Positions 27,984 to 37,564 of a DNA stretch of 64,000 nt are shown here, in pieces. This stretch comes from Phycisphaerae bacterium (GTDB lineage: Bacteria > Planctomycetota > Phycisphaerae > Sedimentisphaerales > Anaerobacaceae): the NCBI GenBank assembly GCA_030601845.1, contig JAUWAY010000008.1, forward strand, positions 2,185 to 66,184. Reading direction: 5' to 3'. The first letter of the stretch is position 1, and each line of letters opens with the position of its first letter. Made by a program: the position numbers and the translations under genes. The notes under the pieces were generated by a model, which saw nothing but the letters and a program-made list of their open reading frames with translations, was not told the origin of the DNA and searched no databases.

Positions 27984-29471
27984 ATGAGCGGCATTTTTGG
28001 AGTAGCATCGAAGAAGGATTGTGCAGAAACCCTTTTCTACGGCACCGATTATCATTCGCATCTGGGAACCGAGTACGGGGGCATAGCGGTGCTCGGCGAA
28101 GGTTTCACCCGCCAGATACACAACCTCAGCCAGAGCCAGTTCAAGTCAAAATTCTATGATGATTACAAACATATCAATGGCAACAAGGGCATCGGTGTTA
28201 TCAGCGACTATGACGAACAGCCCATCTATCTAAACTCCAGATTCGGGCCGTTTTGTATAGTAACCAGTGGATTTGTGGAAAACGCCGAGGATTTGGCGCG
28301 GCAACTTCTAAGCAAAGGGATATCTTTCAGCGAGGTAAGCAGAAGAGCGGTCAATACCCCGGAGCTGATGGCAAAGTTAATCAACCAGGGAGGCGATTTG
28401 GTAGACGGCATCGAGAAGATGTTTGAGCAAATAGAGGGCTCCTGCTCGCTGCTGCTGCTGCATAAAGATGGGATATATGCAGCAAGAGACAGATTCGGAT
28501 ACACGCCGCTCATTGCCGGCAGGCGCCAAGGTGCATGCGCGGTGACCGCCGAGACCAGCGCCTTTCCAAATAACGAATTCGATGTCGTAAAACAAATTGA
28601 ACCGGGAGAGATAATCCTGATAAACGAAGACGGCATAGTGCAAGCAAGCCCGGGCGGAGCAAATGTAAACCAAATCTGCGCATTTCTCTGGATATATACC
28701 GGCTTTCCCGCATCAAATTATGAAGGAATAAATGTCGAAACGGTCAGGGAAAGATGCGGCCGCTGCCTTGCAAAACGCGATAAGGATATTAACATTGACC
28801 TGGTTTCGGGCGTTCCGGACTCCGGATGTGCCCACGGGTTAGGATATGCGATGGAATCAGGCAAACCATTCAGACGTCCCCTTGTTAAATACACTCCGGG
28901 ATATGGCAGAAGTTATACGCCACCCTCGCAGCAGAGACGCGACCTCATCGCGAAGATGAAACTTATCCCCATTAAAGAGGTGATCGAAGGTAACAGCATT
29001 GTGGTGTGCGAGGATTCTATCGTCAGAGGAACGCAACTCAAGAACTTCACTATAAAGAAACTCTGGGATTGCGGCGCCAAAGAGATACATATAAGGCCTG
29101 CCTGTCCGCCTTTGATGTTTCCCTGCCGGTTCAATCTCTCCACGCGCTCTATTGATGAGCTTGCCGCCCGCAGGGCCATTCGCTCTCTGGAAGGTAGCGA
29201 CCTCGAAGATGTGTCGGAATATATCGACCCAGGTTCTGAAAAATACAGAAAAATGGTGGAATGGATCGCCGGCGATTTGGATGTATCGACGCTGAGGTAT
29301 CAGACTGTGGACGATATGGTTAATGCCATCGGCCGACCAAAAGAAAAACTCTGTCTTTATTGCTGGACCGGCGAATGTCCTAAAGCAGCTCGCCCGAAAT
29401 CAGCGATAGAGATAGTGGATATAAAGAAGCCGTCCGCGAAGAAGACAACAGAAACAAAGGTTGCAGTCTAA
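27984..29471 (+). CDS. PurF-like protein with degenerate glutaminase domain and intact PRTase domain
   Basis: AGGAGG lies 6 nt upstream of the ATG, and an in-frame TAG lies 4 codons upstream. N-terminus is MSGIFGV (Ser where the Cys nucleophile is expected). PRTase motifs VPDSG and IVVCEDSIVRGTQ are kept, as is the Cys pattern CAFLWIY, CPPLMFPC, CLYCWTGEC. Confidence 0.85.
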   Translation: MSGIFGVASKKDCAETLFYGTDYHSHLGTEYGGIAVLGEGFTRQIHNLSQSQFKSKFYDDYKHINGNKGIGVISDYDEQPIYLNSRFGPFCIVTSGFVENAEDLARQLLSKGISFSEVSRRAVNTPELMAKLINQGGDLVDGIEKMFEQIEGSCSLLLLHKDGIYAARDRFGYTPLIAGRRQGACAVTAETSAFPNNEFDVVKQIEPGEIILINEDGIVQASPGGANVNQICAFLWIYTGFPASNYEGINVETVRERCGRCLAKRDKDINIDLVSGVPDSGCAHGLGYAMESGKPFRRPLVKYTPGYGRSYTPPSQQRRDLIAKMKLIPIKEVIEGNSIVVCEDSIVRGTQLKNFTIKKLWDCGAKEIHIRPACPPLMFPCRFNLSTRSIDELAARRAIRSLEGSDLEDVSEYIDPGSEKYRKMVEWIAGDLDVSTLRYQTVDDMVNAIGRPKEKLCLYCWTGECPKAARPKSAIEIVDIKKPSAKKTTETKVAV

Positions 29472-29668
29472 ATAGGCAGAGTCACCAGAGGAACCGGCAA
29501 AGTAGTCCTCAGGGACCCCAAATAAATTTTCAGTGGTGAGTGGTAGATTGTTCACTGTTCCGGCCCGCCATAGCAGCTCAGAGCACCTGCATTGAGCTGG
29601 TCACACATAATAACCCGGATTTCCCATATAAAAATGGCGCATTCGACACAGGTTTGATAGTATAGAGT

Positions 29669-29857
29669 CTATGGAACGGATTTAATCGAGTTTAGGCCAT
29701 TAGAAAAGGAGAACCCAATGGGTGAAAGATGCACGGCCAGTTCTTCCAAAGCGTTGGCATTGTGAGCGATAGCACCTCGCTCGACGATTTTTCCCTGCAT
29801 ATCCATTATTACGAAATCATGCTTGTATCGCGACCAATCGAGACCAACGATAAGCAT
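29669..29857 (-). pseudogene. IS110-family transposase N-terminal fragment
   Basis: MLIVGLDWSRYKHDFVIMDMQGKIVERGAIAHNANALEELAVHL matches the usual IS110/DEDD opening (vGiDws...Hd..v.d..G). Similarity ends after about 44 codons (29726) and no continuation is seen in any frame. Confidence 0.65.
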
Positions 29858-30050
29858 AGTGAAATCCTTTCAATATTAAGTTATAATTTAGGTAACGGAC
29901 GAATCATTCGTCAGCGGCATCCCTATGAAGGCCCTGTCGTTACAGACGGGCGACTCGGTATCAGCCGTTTGCGAATGTCAGGATGTGGCGAGCTGCCCAT
30001 TTAGGCCCTCGAAGGGCAGGAAATCCCGGGCCCTACCACGTCCCGGTCCG

Positions 30051-30088
30051 CTTGCCTTGCAGCCGCTGCGCAACGGCTGCAAGGCAAG
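30051..30088. other. perfect 15-bp-stem hairpin
   Basis: cttgccttgcagccg-ctgcgcaa-cggctgcaaggcaag. No flanking T-run on either strand. It lies in the GC-rich structured segment upstream of the IS110 fragment. Confidence 0.8.
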
Positions 30089-30159
30089 TACTAATCTTAT
30101 GGCAAAGAACTATACCAATATCAAGAGAGGATTAACTCATAGGGGAATGTAGGATTCAA

Positions 30160-32103
30160 ATGCACAACATAAACAAGATGATCACGGTTGGCCTCATTCT
30201 GGCGTTTTCGGTCGGTTCGAGTGAAATAAGTGCGCAAGGACCGCAAGAAAAGACAAACACGTATTGCGCCGCCGACTGGCCCGCCCAACATGCGAAGTGC
30301 CGCCCTGTGCCGTTGCGTCAGGTCAATGTCTCAGGTTATCTGGGCCAACGAATCGAACGAAACTTGAGAAGTGTTCTGCTCGGCCTTACAAGCCCCATTC
30401 CCAAAGGCTTTGAGGCCAGAGCCGCAGGCAAACCATTGCCGCCCGAGGCCAATCGCCTCGCAGCCGATTCAGACCTCTACAAATGGCTGGAAGGCGCCTC
30501 GTACGTGTACGCACGAACCGGCGATCAGAAGCTGAAGAAAGCCATTGACCAGATTGCCGCGTTGATCCTTAAATGCCAGCATGACGACGGATACATAAAT
30601 ACACAGGTTCCTCCGAAAAAGCGGTTCGATCCAAGCGTTCGGCATGATCTTTACATAGCCGGCCATTTCTTCGAGGCCGCCACAGCTCACTATCGCGCCA
30701 CCGGCGAACGGAATCTGCTGGATGCCGCCTGCCGTTGGGCGGACTACTTGATCAAGGAATACGAGAACGGTAATCCATACTTCAAAAAAGCCGCTTTGAA
30801 CGAACACTCAGAGTATGAGCTGGGACTCCTTCGCCTGTATCGCGCGACCGAAGAGGCCAGGTACCTCGATTTTTCCGTCATTCTGACGAAGAAATTGTGC
30901 AAAGTCACGCCCAAAGTGGCAGATATCAAAGCCGGCGGCGGACTCCACGCCGTCCGTGTAGGCTATCTGCTGGCCGGTATGGCAGACCTTTACCTTCAGA
31001 CCGGCAGTGAAGACATGGTCCGGCATCTTCCGGGTCTGTGGAAAGAGCTCGTGCAGACGCGCATGTACATAACAGGCGCCATCGGCTCCCACGGTGAGAG
31101 CATCTCAACAACAGCCTACGATCTGCCCCACACGCGCGACCACCAGCATCGCTCGATGGGGGAAACCTGTGCGACGGTGGCCATGATCATGTTCTCGTGG
31201 CGCATGCATGCCATTACCGGCGAGAGTCGCTGTTTCGACGTGATCGAGAATGCTCTTTACAACCACTATCTCGGCGCTATTGCACTGAACGGTCTCGGGA
31301 CATTCTACTACAACCCTATGCGGGTGGTGGGAGACCAGAGCGAGAGAACGGACCATTGGCACCGCCCGGCCACAGCGCGATGTATGCTGCCGAATATCAA
31401 CCGGACAACATGCTGCATGCCTAACTGTTGGCGCTTTCTCGGTGCTCTGCCGGAGTACGTCTTCTCTTATGACAACGAGGGCTTGTTCATTAACCTCTAC
31501 ACTGAAGCCAAGGTGAATCATACCTTGGCTGATGGCAGGCAAGTATCCCTCTCTGTTCAAACACAGTACCCGCACAAAGGAGACGTCACCGTTCGCTTTG
31601 ACGGCAATCAGCCAACGTCATTCAAGCTGCGCCTCCGGATTCCCGGCTGGTGCGAGAAGGCAGCCGCAGAATGGCCGGGCCGGAACAAAAAACGTGCCGA
31701 AGCAGGCGACTACCTCGTCATCAATCGCACGTGGAAGAGAGGCGATACAGTTCACCTGGCGCTTGAGATGCCGATTCGAATGATTCTTCCCGATCCTCGC
31801 GTCAAGGCCAACGCCGGACAGGTCGTCTTTGCCCGCGGGCCCGTGCTGTTTTGCCTGGAGCAAGAGGATGTGGACTTCCCCGTGGAAGAGGCAAGCGTTA
31901 CCATCAAGCCGCAAGATCTCATCAAGCAGGTCCGCCTTGAGTGGCATCCGGAACTTCTGGATGGCATCCACGTTCTTCGACTGCCCGGACTCGCTGGCGG
32001 CAAACGGGTCGAACTGACACTTGTCCCCTGGTCAGTACGGGCAAATCGCAGCCGGGACAGCCGCTGGGTCATCTTCCTCCCGCAGGCCGAGACACCCGGC
32101 TGA
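30160..32103 (+). CDS. glycoside hydrolase family 127 (beta-L-arabinofuranosidase-like, DUF1680)
   Basis: Signal peptide. The GH127 Zn/catalytic motif pair is present: MGETCATVAM (E-x-C) and TTCCMPNCWRF (CC). 647 aa. Confidence 0.88.
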   Translation: MHNINKMITVGLILAFSVGSSEISAQGPQEKTNTYCAADWPAQHAKCRPVPLRQVNVSGYLGQRIERNLRSVLLGLTSPIPKGFEARAAGKPLPPEANRLAADSDLYKWLEGASYVYARTGDQKLKKAIDQIAALILKCQHDDGYINTQVPPKKRFDPSVRHDLYIAGHFFEAATAHYRATGERNLLDAACRWADYLIKEYENGNPYFKKAALNEHSEYELGLLRLYRATEEARYLDFSVILTKKLCKVTPKVADIKAGGGLHAVRVGYLLAGMADLYLQTGSEDMVRHLPGLWKELVQTRMYITGAIGSHGESISTTAYDLPHTRDHQHRSMGETCATVAMIMFSWRMHAITGESRCFDVIENALYNHYLGAIALNGLGTFYYNPMRVVGDQSERTDHWHRPATARCMLPNINRTTCCMPNCWRFLGALPEYVFSYDNEGLFINLYTEAKVNHTLADGRQVSLSVQTQYPHKGDVTVRFDGNQPTSFKLRLRIPGWCEKAAAEWPGRNKKRAEAGDYLVINRTWKRGDTVHLALEMPIRMILPDPRVKANAGQVVFARGPVLFCLEQEDVDFPVEEASVTIKPQDLIKQVRLEWHPELLDGIHVLRLPGLAGGKRVELTLVPWSVRANRSRDSRWVIFLPQAETPG

Positions 32104-32256
32104 GACATCTCGCCACAGCAGTCAAGCTGCTGTTGGATGGCGAACACCGAAGATAACAGCCGAACCCATCGCGCCGGGCGGATGCGGAAAATCGCGCCGA
32201 CTACGCAAACCGTTGCCCTGTGAAGAAGGGCAACCGAGCCTAATCACCCCATAGTC

Positions 32257-32544
32257 TTGACCGGCATCAAGCTGGTTGAAAAATCCAATTGTCTGTATCT
32301 CGAAATCACACTCGACAAAGTCTGGGCACAACAACAGCGTCAAGTGGTAACGACTGCTCTGCTCGGTAAGGCCAAGATTCCCGATCTTCCCTATGAACAG
32401 CCCGACGGCACGGTCCTGATCGAGTCGCCCCCGAAGAAGAACGGCGGCACGTACACCTTCACCGTCACCGACGTGGTAAAGAGCGGCCAGACCTACAACG
32501 CCTCGCTCAACGTCGAGACGTTCGATACGATTGTCGCACCGTAA
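32257..32544 (+). CDS. hypothetical small protein or orphan C-terminal gene fragment
   Basis: TTG-start 95-aa ORF; the frame is open from 32224. It is beta-rich (TYTFTVTDVVKSGQTYNASLNVETF) and followed by a strong intrinsic terminator. No family recognised. Confidence 0.35.
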   Translation: MTGIKLVEKSNCLYLEITLDKVWAQQQRQVVTTALLGKAKIPDLPYEQPDGTVLIESPPKKNGGTYTFTVTDVVKSGQTYNASLNVETFDTIVAP

Positions 32545-32572
32545 AACCGCGGCGAAAACTCAAACCCTCCAA

Positions 32573-32620
32573 GGGGGCAAGCGATTCTTACCCAACAAAA
32601 TTCGCTTGCCCCCCTTTTTT
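32573..32620 (+). terminator. rho-independent terminator
   Basis: 12-bp GC-rich stem gggggcaagcga / tcgcttgccccc (32573..32584, 32602..32613), 17-nt loop, then TTTTTT (32615..32620). Confidence 0.8.
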
Positions 32621-32792
32621 GGTTGATGCCAAGAGTTGCTGCAAGACTTGATTCTCAGACTCCGGACGCTGGTTGAGGTACGTCAAAGAAATGATAATCA
32701 GTGGTCGGATTTGTGTTTTTGCTATTATGGCGGCTGAAATATTTTCGAAATGAAGTTGGAAAGCTTGAGATTTCGAGACAGATTTGTTATTC

Positions 32793-32860
32793 TATTAGAA
32801 AAGAGGCTCAGCGGTGTAGGTGAGCAAGGATATACAATGTTATATGGGAAATGTCAGATT
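32793..32860 (+). repeat. left copy of an approximately 65-nt direct repeat bracketing the propeller gene
   Basis: attagaaaagaggctcagcggtgtaggtgagcaaggatatacaatgttatatgggaaatgtcaga versus 36090..36155 attaaagaagaggcccagcggcgaagctgagcaaggatatacaatgttatacgggaaatgccaaa, same orientation. Confidence 0.8.
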
Positions 32861-32911
32861 AAGGTAAGATCGAAGTCACCGTTATATTTCGGCATAGAAA
32901 AGGAGAGAGAC

Positions 32912-35900
32912 ATGAGATTTAAGTGGGTTACCTTGATTGGACTTATTTTATTTGCTCACTCGGCTTTCGCCGTATCGGCCGGCGAGATTCTCGAACGCTC
33001 TGGAGTACGCGGCGGATTGATCGTTTATGTGGGCCGCTGCGACGGCAAGACTCTCGCCGATCTTGGGGCGGGGGAAGGATTCCTGCTTCACGCTTTGGGG
33101 CGGGATGCGGCAGATGTGAAAAACGCTCGCGCATACCTTCTCTCCGAGAATCTGTATGGAAAGATTTCGGTGGAACTTTTCGACGGTCGCACTCTTCCCT
33201 ATGCCGAGAATCTCGTCAACCTGCTTGTCATCGACGACACGAAGGTTAAAATCGACCGGGAAGAGATTCTGAGAGTGTTGGTTCCCAACGGCGTCGCCCT
33301 TGACCACGGCAGGAAAATCATCAAGCCGATTCCTTCGGACATCGACGAGTGGAGTCACTTCGAGCACGGCCCGGAGAATAATTCGGTTGCAGCCGATACG
33401 GTTGTCGGTCCTCCGCGCCATCTGCAGTGGGTATCCGGACCGCGATGGCTCAGAACACACGAGGTGCCCTCGGGCATCACTTCCATGGTCACCGCCGGCG
33501 GCCGCCTTTTTTACACTTTCGATGAAGGCCCCATCGGAATCTCCGACGCGCGTTTGCCTGAGAAATGGTCCCTGATCGCCCGGGACGCCTTTAACGGAAC
33601 ACTGCTCTGGAAGATTCCCCTTCCCAATTGGGGCTGGCAGACCTGGAAGAGCGAGTACAAGGAAACTTACAAGGACTCAGGTTGGATAAGAACAAGTGGG
33701 TTCCGCAGCAAAAATCCCCCGGAGTACTTGAAGCGGATGGTGGCGGATTCCGAGCGTTTGTACTTCACGCTGGGAAACGCGGCGCCCGTAAGTATTATTG
33801 ACGCGGCCACCGGTGAGGTGATCGCCGCCTGTAAGGGCTCGGACAATCCCTCTAAATTGATCCTTTGCGGTGGTGTCCTCTGCGTTCAACTGCCCGATGG
33901 GATCATCGCCTACGACGCTCGCACCGGCAAGGCGCTCTGGAGTAAAGAAATCCCCAATGTGAAATCGATCGCAGCTCACGGTGAATCCCTGGTCTACCAC
34001 CGAGGGGGGGACGAACTACATTGCGTCAACCTGAGAACAGGGGACAAACTTTGGAGCTCCGAACTCGAGATTCAAGGCCGCCTCAAGATATCCGCCGGGA
34101 AAGTCCTTTCCGTCGCAAGTTCGGACATGCAGGTTTTCTCTCTGGATAGCGGCGAGAGCATTTGGCTCAATCAGAAAAATCCCGGCAAGAGCGCCGGCAA
34201 ATCGAAACGATCCCAAACTTACATCATCGATAACGTCATCTGGACTGGTTACAAGGGGGAGAGGGTTGATCTGAACACGGGCAAAGAGATGCCTACTTTG
34301 AATGTCGCTGGTTTGTGGAGTCCCCAGCATCATCATCGCTGTTACCCGAACAAGGCGACTACCCGCTATATCATTGGCGCGATGGAGGGCATGGAGTATC
34401 TTTCGCTGCGGGACGATAACCATTCTCGGAACAACTGGGTCCGGGGCGCCTGCTCCCTGGGGATCATGCCGGCAAATGGTATGACTTACGCTCCGCCCGA
34501 TCAGTGCTTCTGTTCCGCCGGCGTGAAAATAGTGGGCCTGAACGCCCTTACCGCGGCCCGGGAATTTCCCAAGGTGGAGGCGGCGGAGAAACGTCTACTG
34601 AAAGGGCCTTACTATGGCGAGGCGCTCGTTGACAAGGCGAAACCGCAATGGGCGGCTTATCGTCACGATTCTCTTCGCAGCGGATCGACCTCGGTCAAGG
34701 TTCCGGCCAAGTTGAATAGACAGTGGCAAATGCAACTCGATCCTTCCATCACACAGCCGGTTGTCTCCGGCGACAGGCTTTTCATAGCCTCGCGCGACAC
34801 CCACACGGTCCACGCGGCTGAAAGAGATTCGGGGAAGAAACTCTGGAGTTTTACCACCGGCGGCAGGGTGGACTCATCCCCGACGCTTTGGAAAGGATTG
34901 ATCCTCTTCGGCTCGGCCGACGGTTATGTTTACTGCCTCCGCCAGAGTGACGGAGGGCTTGTCTGGAAGTTCCGCGCCGCGCCCCATCAGCGCTTGATCC
35001 AGTCCTTCGGGCAGATCGAATCCATCTGGCCTCTCCATGGTTCGGTCCTTATGCTCGACGACCTTGCCTATGTCTCCGCGGGCCGTTCAACCTATCTCGA
35101 CGGAGGCTTGTATCTCTATGCCATAGAGCCGGCCACCGGGAAAGTGGTCTATCAACATCAGGAGATCGGTCCTTACGAGGATCATACCAAAGATTTCGGT
35201 CACTCCTTCTGGAGCGAAGGTTCCCGCAACGACGTTCTGGTCAGCGACGGGGATTCGATTTATATCATGCAGTTGCGGTTCGGCAAGGATCTCAACCCCA
35301 ATCCCGCGAAGACCGAATCTCTCCTGGGCGACCGTAAAATGGGGCGACATATTTTCAGCACCGCGGGTTTCCTCGACGGCGAGGGGTATAATCGCACCTT
35401 CTGGATGCACAGTAATATCTGGCCGGGTTTCTATTTGGCCAACCAGGCTTCCAAGAGCGGCCAGTTGCTGGTCTTCAATGAGGAAAACACCTTTGGGGTG
35501 AAAACTTTCTGGACACGCAATCGGCACAGCCCGATGTTTTTTCCGGGGTCCAGAGGGTATCTGCTCTTCGCCGACGACAACGACAATGAACCTATCCTCG
35601 TGGGCCGCGACGAGGGAACCCCGATTACCTGGCTGCCCGAATTCAATATGCACAAGAGCGGTAAACCTAAAACGGATTGGGGCCCCGAACTGAGTTCCGC
35701 CCCGCGGAAAAGCAGCGTGGACGCCTATACCTATAACAAGGACAAGGGAATCGGTTTTACCCGAGTGAAGAAACCGAAGTGGTCCGTCTATGTTCCGATT
35801 CGGGTGCGGGCGATGGTGAATACCAAGGAGAAACTCTTTGTCGCCGGTCCGCCCGACGTCCTGGACGAAAAAGACGATCCTCTTGGCGCTCTCGAAGGCA

Positions 35901-36055
35901 GAAAAGGCGGCTTACTGCGGGCGGTCTCAACGGCTGACGGTTCAAAACTCAGCGAATATACTCTCGATGCACCGCCTGTGCTCGACGGTCTGATTGCCGT
36001 CGAAGGGAAACTGTACCTCGCAACACGCGATGGTAAGTTGAGTTGCTGGGATTGA
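32912..36055 (+). CDS. PQQ-like beta-propeller protein with N-terminal Rossmann/methyltransferase-like segment
   Basis: The ATG at 32912 has AAGGAGAG 5-12 nt upstream and gives signal peptide MRFKWVTLIGLILFAHSAFA; the track start 32750 lies inside the upstream repeat. Motifs GGLIVYVGRCDG, SPQHHHRCYPNKATTRYII, GIMPANGMTYAPPDQCFC and repeated propeller blades are present. Confidence 0.88.
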   Translation: MRFKWVTLIGLILFAHSAFAVSAGEILERSGVRGGLIVYVGRCDGKTLADLGAGEGFLLHALGRDAADVKNARAYLLSENLYGKISVELFDGRTLPYAENLVNLLVIDDTKVKIDREEILRVLVPNGVALDHGRKIIKPIPSDIDEWSHFEHGPENNSVAADTVVGPPRHLQWVSGPRWLRTHEVPSGITSMVTAGGRLFYTFDEGPIGISDARLPEKWSLIARDAFNGTLLWKIPLPNWGWQTWKSEYKETYKDSGWIRTSGFRSKNPPEYLKRMVADSERLYFTLGNAAPVSIIDAATGEVIAACKGSDNPSKLILCGGVLCVQLPDGIIAYDARTGKALWSKEIPNVKSIAAHGESLVYHRGGDELHCVNLRTGDKLWSSELEIQGRLKISAGKVLSVASSDMQVFSLDSGESIWLNQKNPGKSAGKSKRSQTYIIDNVIWTGYKGERVDLNTGKEMPTLNVAGLWSPQHHHRCYPNKATTRYIIGAMEGMEYLSLRDDNHSRNNWVRGACSLGIMPANGMTYAPPDQCFCSAGVKIVGLNALTAAREFPKVEAAEKRLLKGPYYGEALVDKAKPQWAAYRHDSLRSGSTSVKVPAKLNRQWQMQLDPSITQPVVSGDRLFIASRDTHTVHAAERDSGKKLWSFTTGGRVDSSPTLWKGLILFGSADGYVYCLRQSDGGLVWKFRAAPHQRLIQSFGQIESIWPLHGSVLMLDDLAYVSAGRSTYLDGGLYLYAIEPATGKVVYQHQEIGPYEDHTKDFGHSFWSEGSRNDVLVSDGDSIYIMQLRFGKDLNPNPAKTESLLGDRKMGRHIFSTAGFLDGEGYNRTFWMHSNIWPGFYLANQASKSGQLLVFNEENTFGVKTFWTRNRHSPMFFPGSRGYLLFADDNDNEPILVGRDEGTPITWLPEFNMHKSGKPKTDWGPELSSAPRKSSVDAYTYNKDKGIGFTRVKKPKWSVYVPIRVRAMVNTKEKLFVAGPPDVLDEKDDPLGALEGRKGGLLRAVSTADGSKLSEYTLDAPPVLDGLIAVEGKLYLATRDGKLSCWD

Positions 36056-36089
36056 ACAATTCGAGCCGGACTCGAATGGCAAACATAGC

Positions 36090-36155
36090 ATTAAAGAAGA
36101 GGCCCAGCGGCGAAGCTGAGCAAGGATATACAATGTTATACGGGAAATGCCAAAA
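36090..36155 (+). repeat. right copy of the approximately 65-nt direct repeat
   Basis: See 32793..32860. It lies 35 nt after the propeller gene stop, in a convergent intergenic region. Confidence 0.8.
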
Positions 36156-36340
36156 TAAACAAGATATTAGGGTGCTTCTGGACGCTTTGCTTGGCCGTCA
36201 ATATGGTAGATTGCGGGGAAACTGCACCTAATGCTGCAAGACCGGCTGTTTTGAGAAACTGCCGTCTGGTTTGTGTTCGCATAACTATTGGCTTTGCTCT
36301 TAATCGAGTCATCAAATAAAAGATTCTATTTGTATCAACT

Positions 36341-37564
36341 TTATTTGCCTCTGGGCACTGACCAGGAAAACGGCTGGGGAGCGTTAGGGAATGGCAATTG
36401 ACAAAAAAGTCTGCCGCTGGCAGGCATTTTTTCAAAAAAGACCTTGTCAGCAAAGTCAACGAGTGTGCGCCAATCATCTTCTTTTTGAGCATGACCACCG
36501 GCACGAAAATAGATGCCGAGTTTGTCATCGGCTCCTAAAAACTCGAACACCGGCTGGGCGCCGCGGTGCGATTGCTGAGTACCGTAAGGATTGGCCCATA
36601 GATCGCCAAGTGCGTCAATAGAAATCATCGCCCGTGGAGCAACCATCGCTTTGAGAAAATGCTGGTCGAATGGGAGCTTAGTCTCTTTGTCAGCGAAATC
36701 TCGAAAGCGTGGATGAAACCAATACTCAAATCTTTCCGGGGCTGTTATGCGCTCTAATGTTTCCGACTTTTCACCTTGAAAGCGATAGCAGCCCGCGCCA
36801 CCACAACCGGAGCCGTTTGGCACAACCAGGGCAATTCTTTCATCAAGGGCACCTGCCAGCAGTGCGGTTTTGCCGCCGCGCGAATGGCCGGTAAAAGCGA
36901 TTCTTTCTTTGTCAACCACATCCAACGTCATAAAGTAATCAATGACACGCATTCCTCCCCATGCCCACACGGCCAGAGTAGCCCAGTCATAATCCGGGTA
37001 AGCCGCCTGAGCTGGTCCGACAGTGTTTTTCTGGTCCGGGTCAAGATCTGTTCGGGCATAATCGGCAACGATATAGCCACGCCTAACGATCTCATCAGCT
37101 ATGGGTACGTTAAAGATACCGCGGTCATTTTTTAGAATGACCGGAAAGGGACCCTCCCCTTTCGGAATGACCATACCGACATTGATTTTAACTTCTCTTT
37201 CAGGTCCCATCGAAAGGAGAATATGCTTTTTGGTCGCGCCGCCATCATAAACAGTTTCGGATGACAATTCTTTCGCAATAATATTTTTATGTGCTGGTGG
37301 TATATGCCCGTACTGATAGTACAGCATCATCGCTTTAATTTCCTCGCGACGTTTGGCCCAATCGGTTTTGTTTTTGACCCTGGTCCCGTCATTCATAACA
37401 AATGGGTCAGGAAGTTCCTTGATATCAGGCAGCTTATCTACACCGGGCATGTCCACAACCCCGGCTGGATTGGTGCCGGGACAGGCGAACATTCCAAGCA
37501 AAAGCAGTATTAACCCAAGGCCTCTTATCTGATTTATTATTGTGTTGCGGTATTGTCTGACCAT
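36341..37564 (-). CDS. carbohydrate esterase family 15-like (glucuronoyl esterase)
   Basis: Signal/lipobox-like LLLLGMFACPG. Serine motif TGHSRGGKTAL followed by VVPNGSGCGGAGCYR, as in bacterial CE15 enzymes. Confidence 0.72.
   Translation of the reverse strand: MVRQYRNTIINQIRGLGLILLLLGMFACPGTNPAGVVDMPGVDKLPDIKELPDPFVMNDGTRVKNKTDWAKRREEIKAMMLYYQYGHIPPAHKNIIAKELSSETVYDGGATKKHILLSMGPEREVKINVGMVIPKGEGPFPVILKNDRGIFNVPIADEIVRRGYIVADYARTDLDPDQKNTVGPAQAAYPDYDWATLAVWAWGGMRVIDYFMTLDVVDKERIAFTGHSRGGKTALLAGALDERIALVVPNGSGCGGAGCYRFQGEKSETLERITAPERFEYWFHPRFRDFADKETKLPFDQHFLKAMVAPRAMISIDALGDLWANPYGTQQSHRGAQPVFEFLGADDKLGIYFRAGGHAQKEDDWRTLVDFADKVFFEKMPASGRLFCQLPFPNAPQPFSWSVPRGK

Noticed and set aside
31105-32343. 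Many overlapping ORFs on both strands inside and after the GH127 gene (e.g. 31105..31575, 31618..31971, 31752..32147, 32122..32343).
   Set aside because: They are GC-rich shadow frames of a well-supported CDS, and none shows a motif.
35087-35653. 188-aa antisense ORF inside the propeller gene. Similar long antisense ORFs occur at 18334..18914, 43918..44547, 32948..33460 and 50258..50788.
   Set aside because: The opposite strand carries genes with strong family signatures. The antisense translations are compositionally biased and motif-free.
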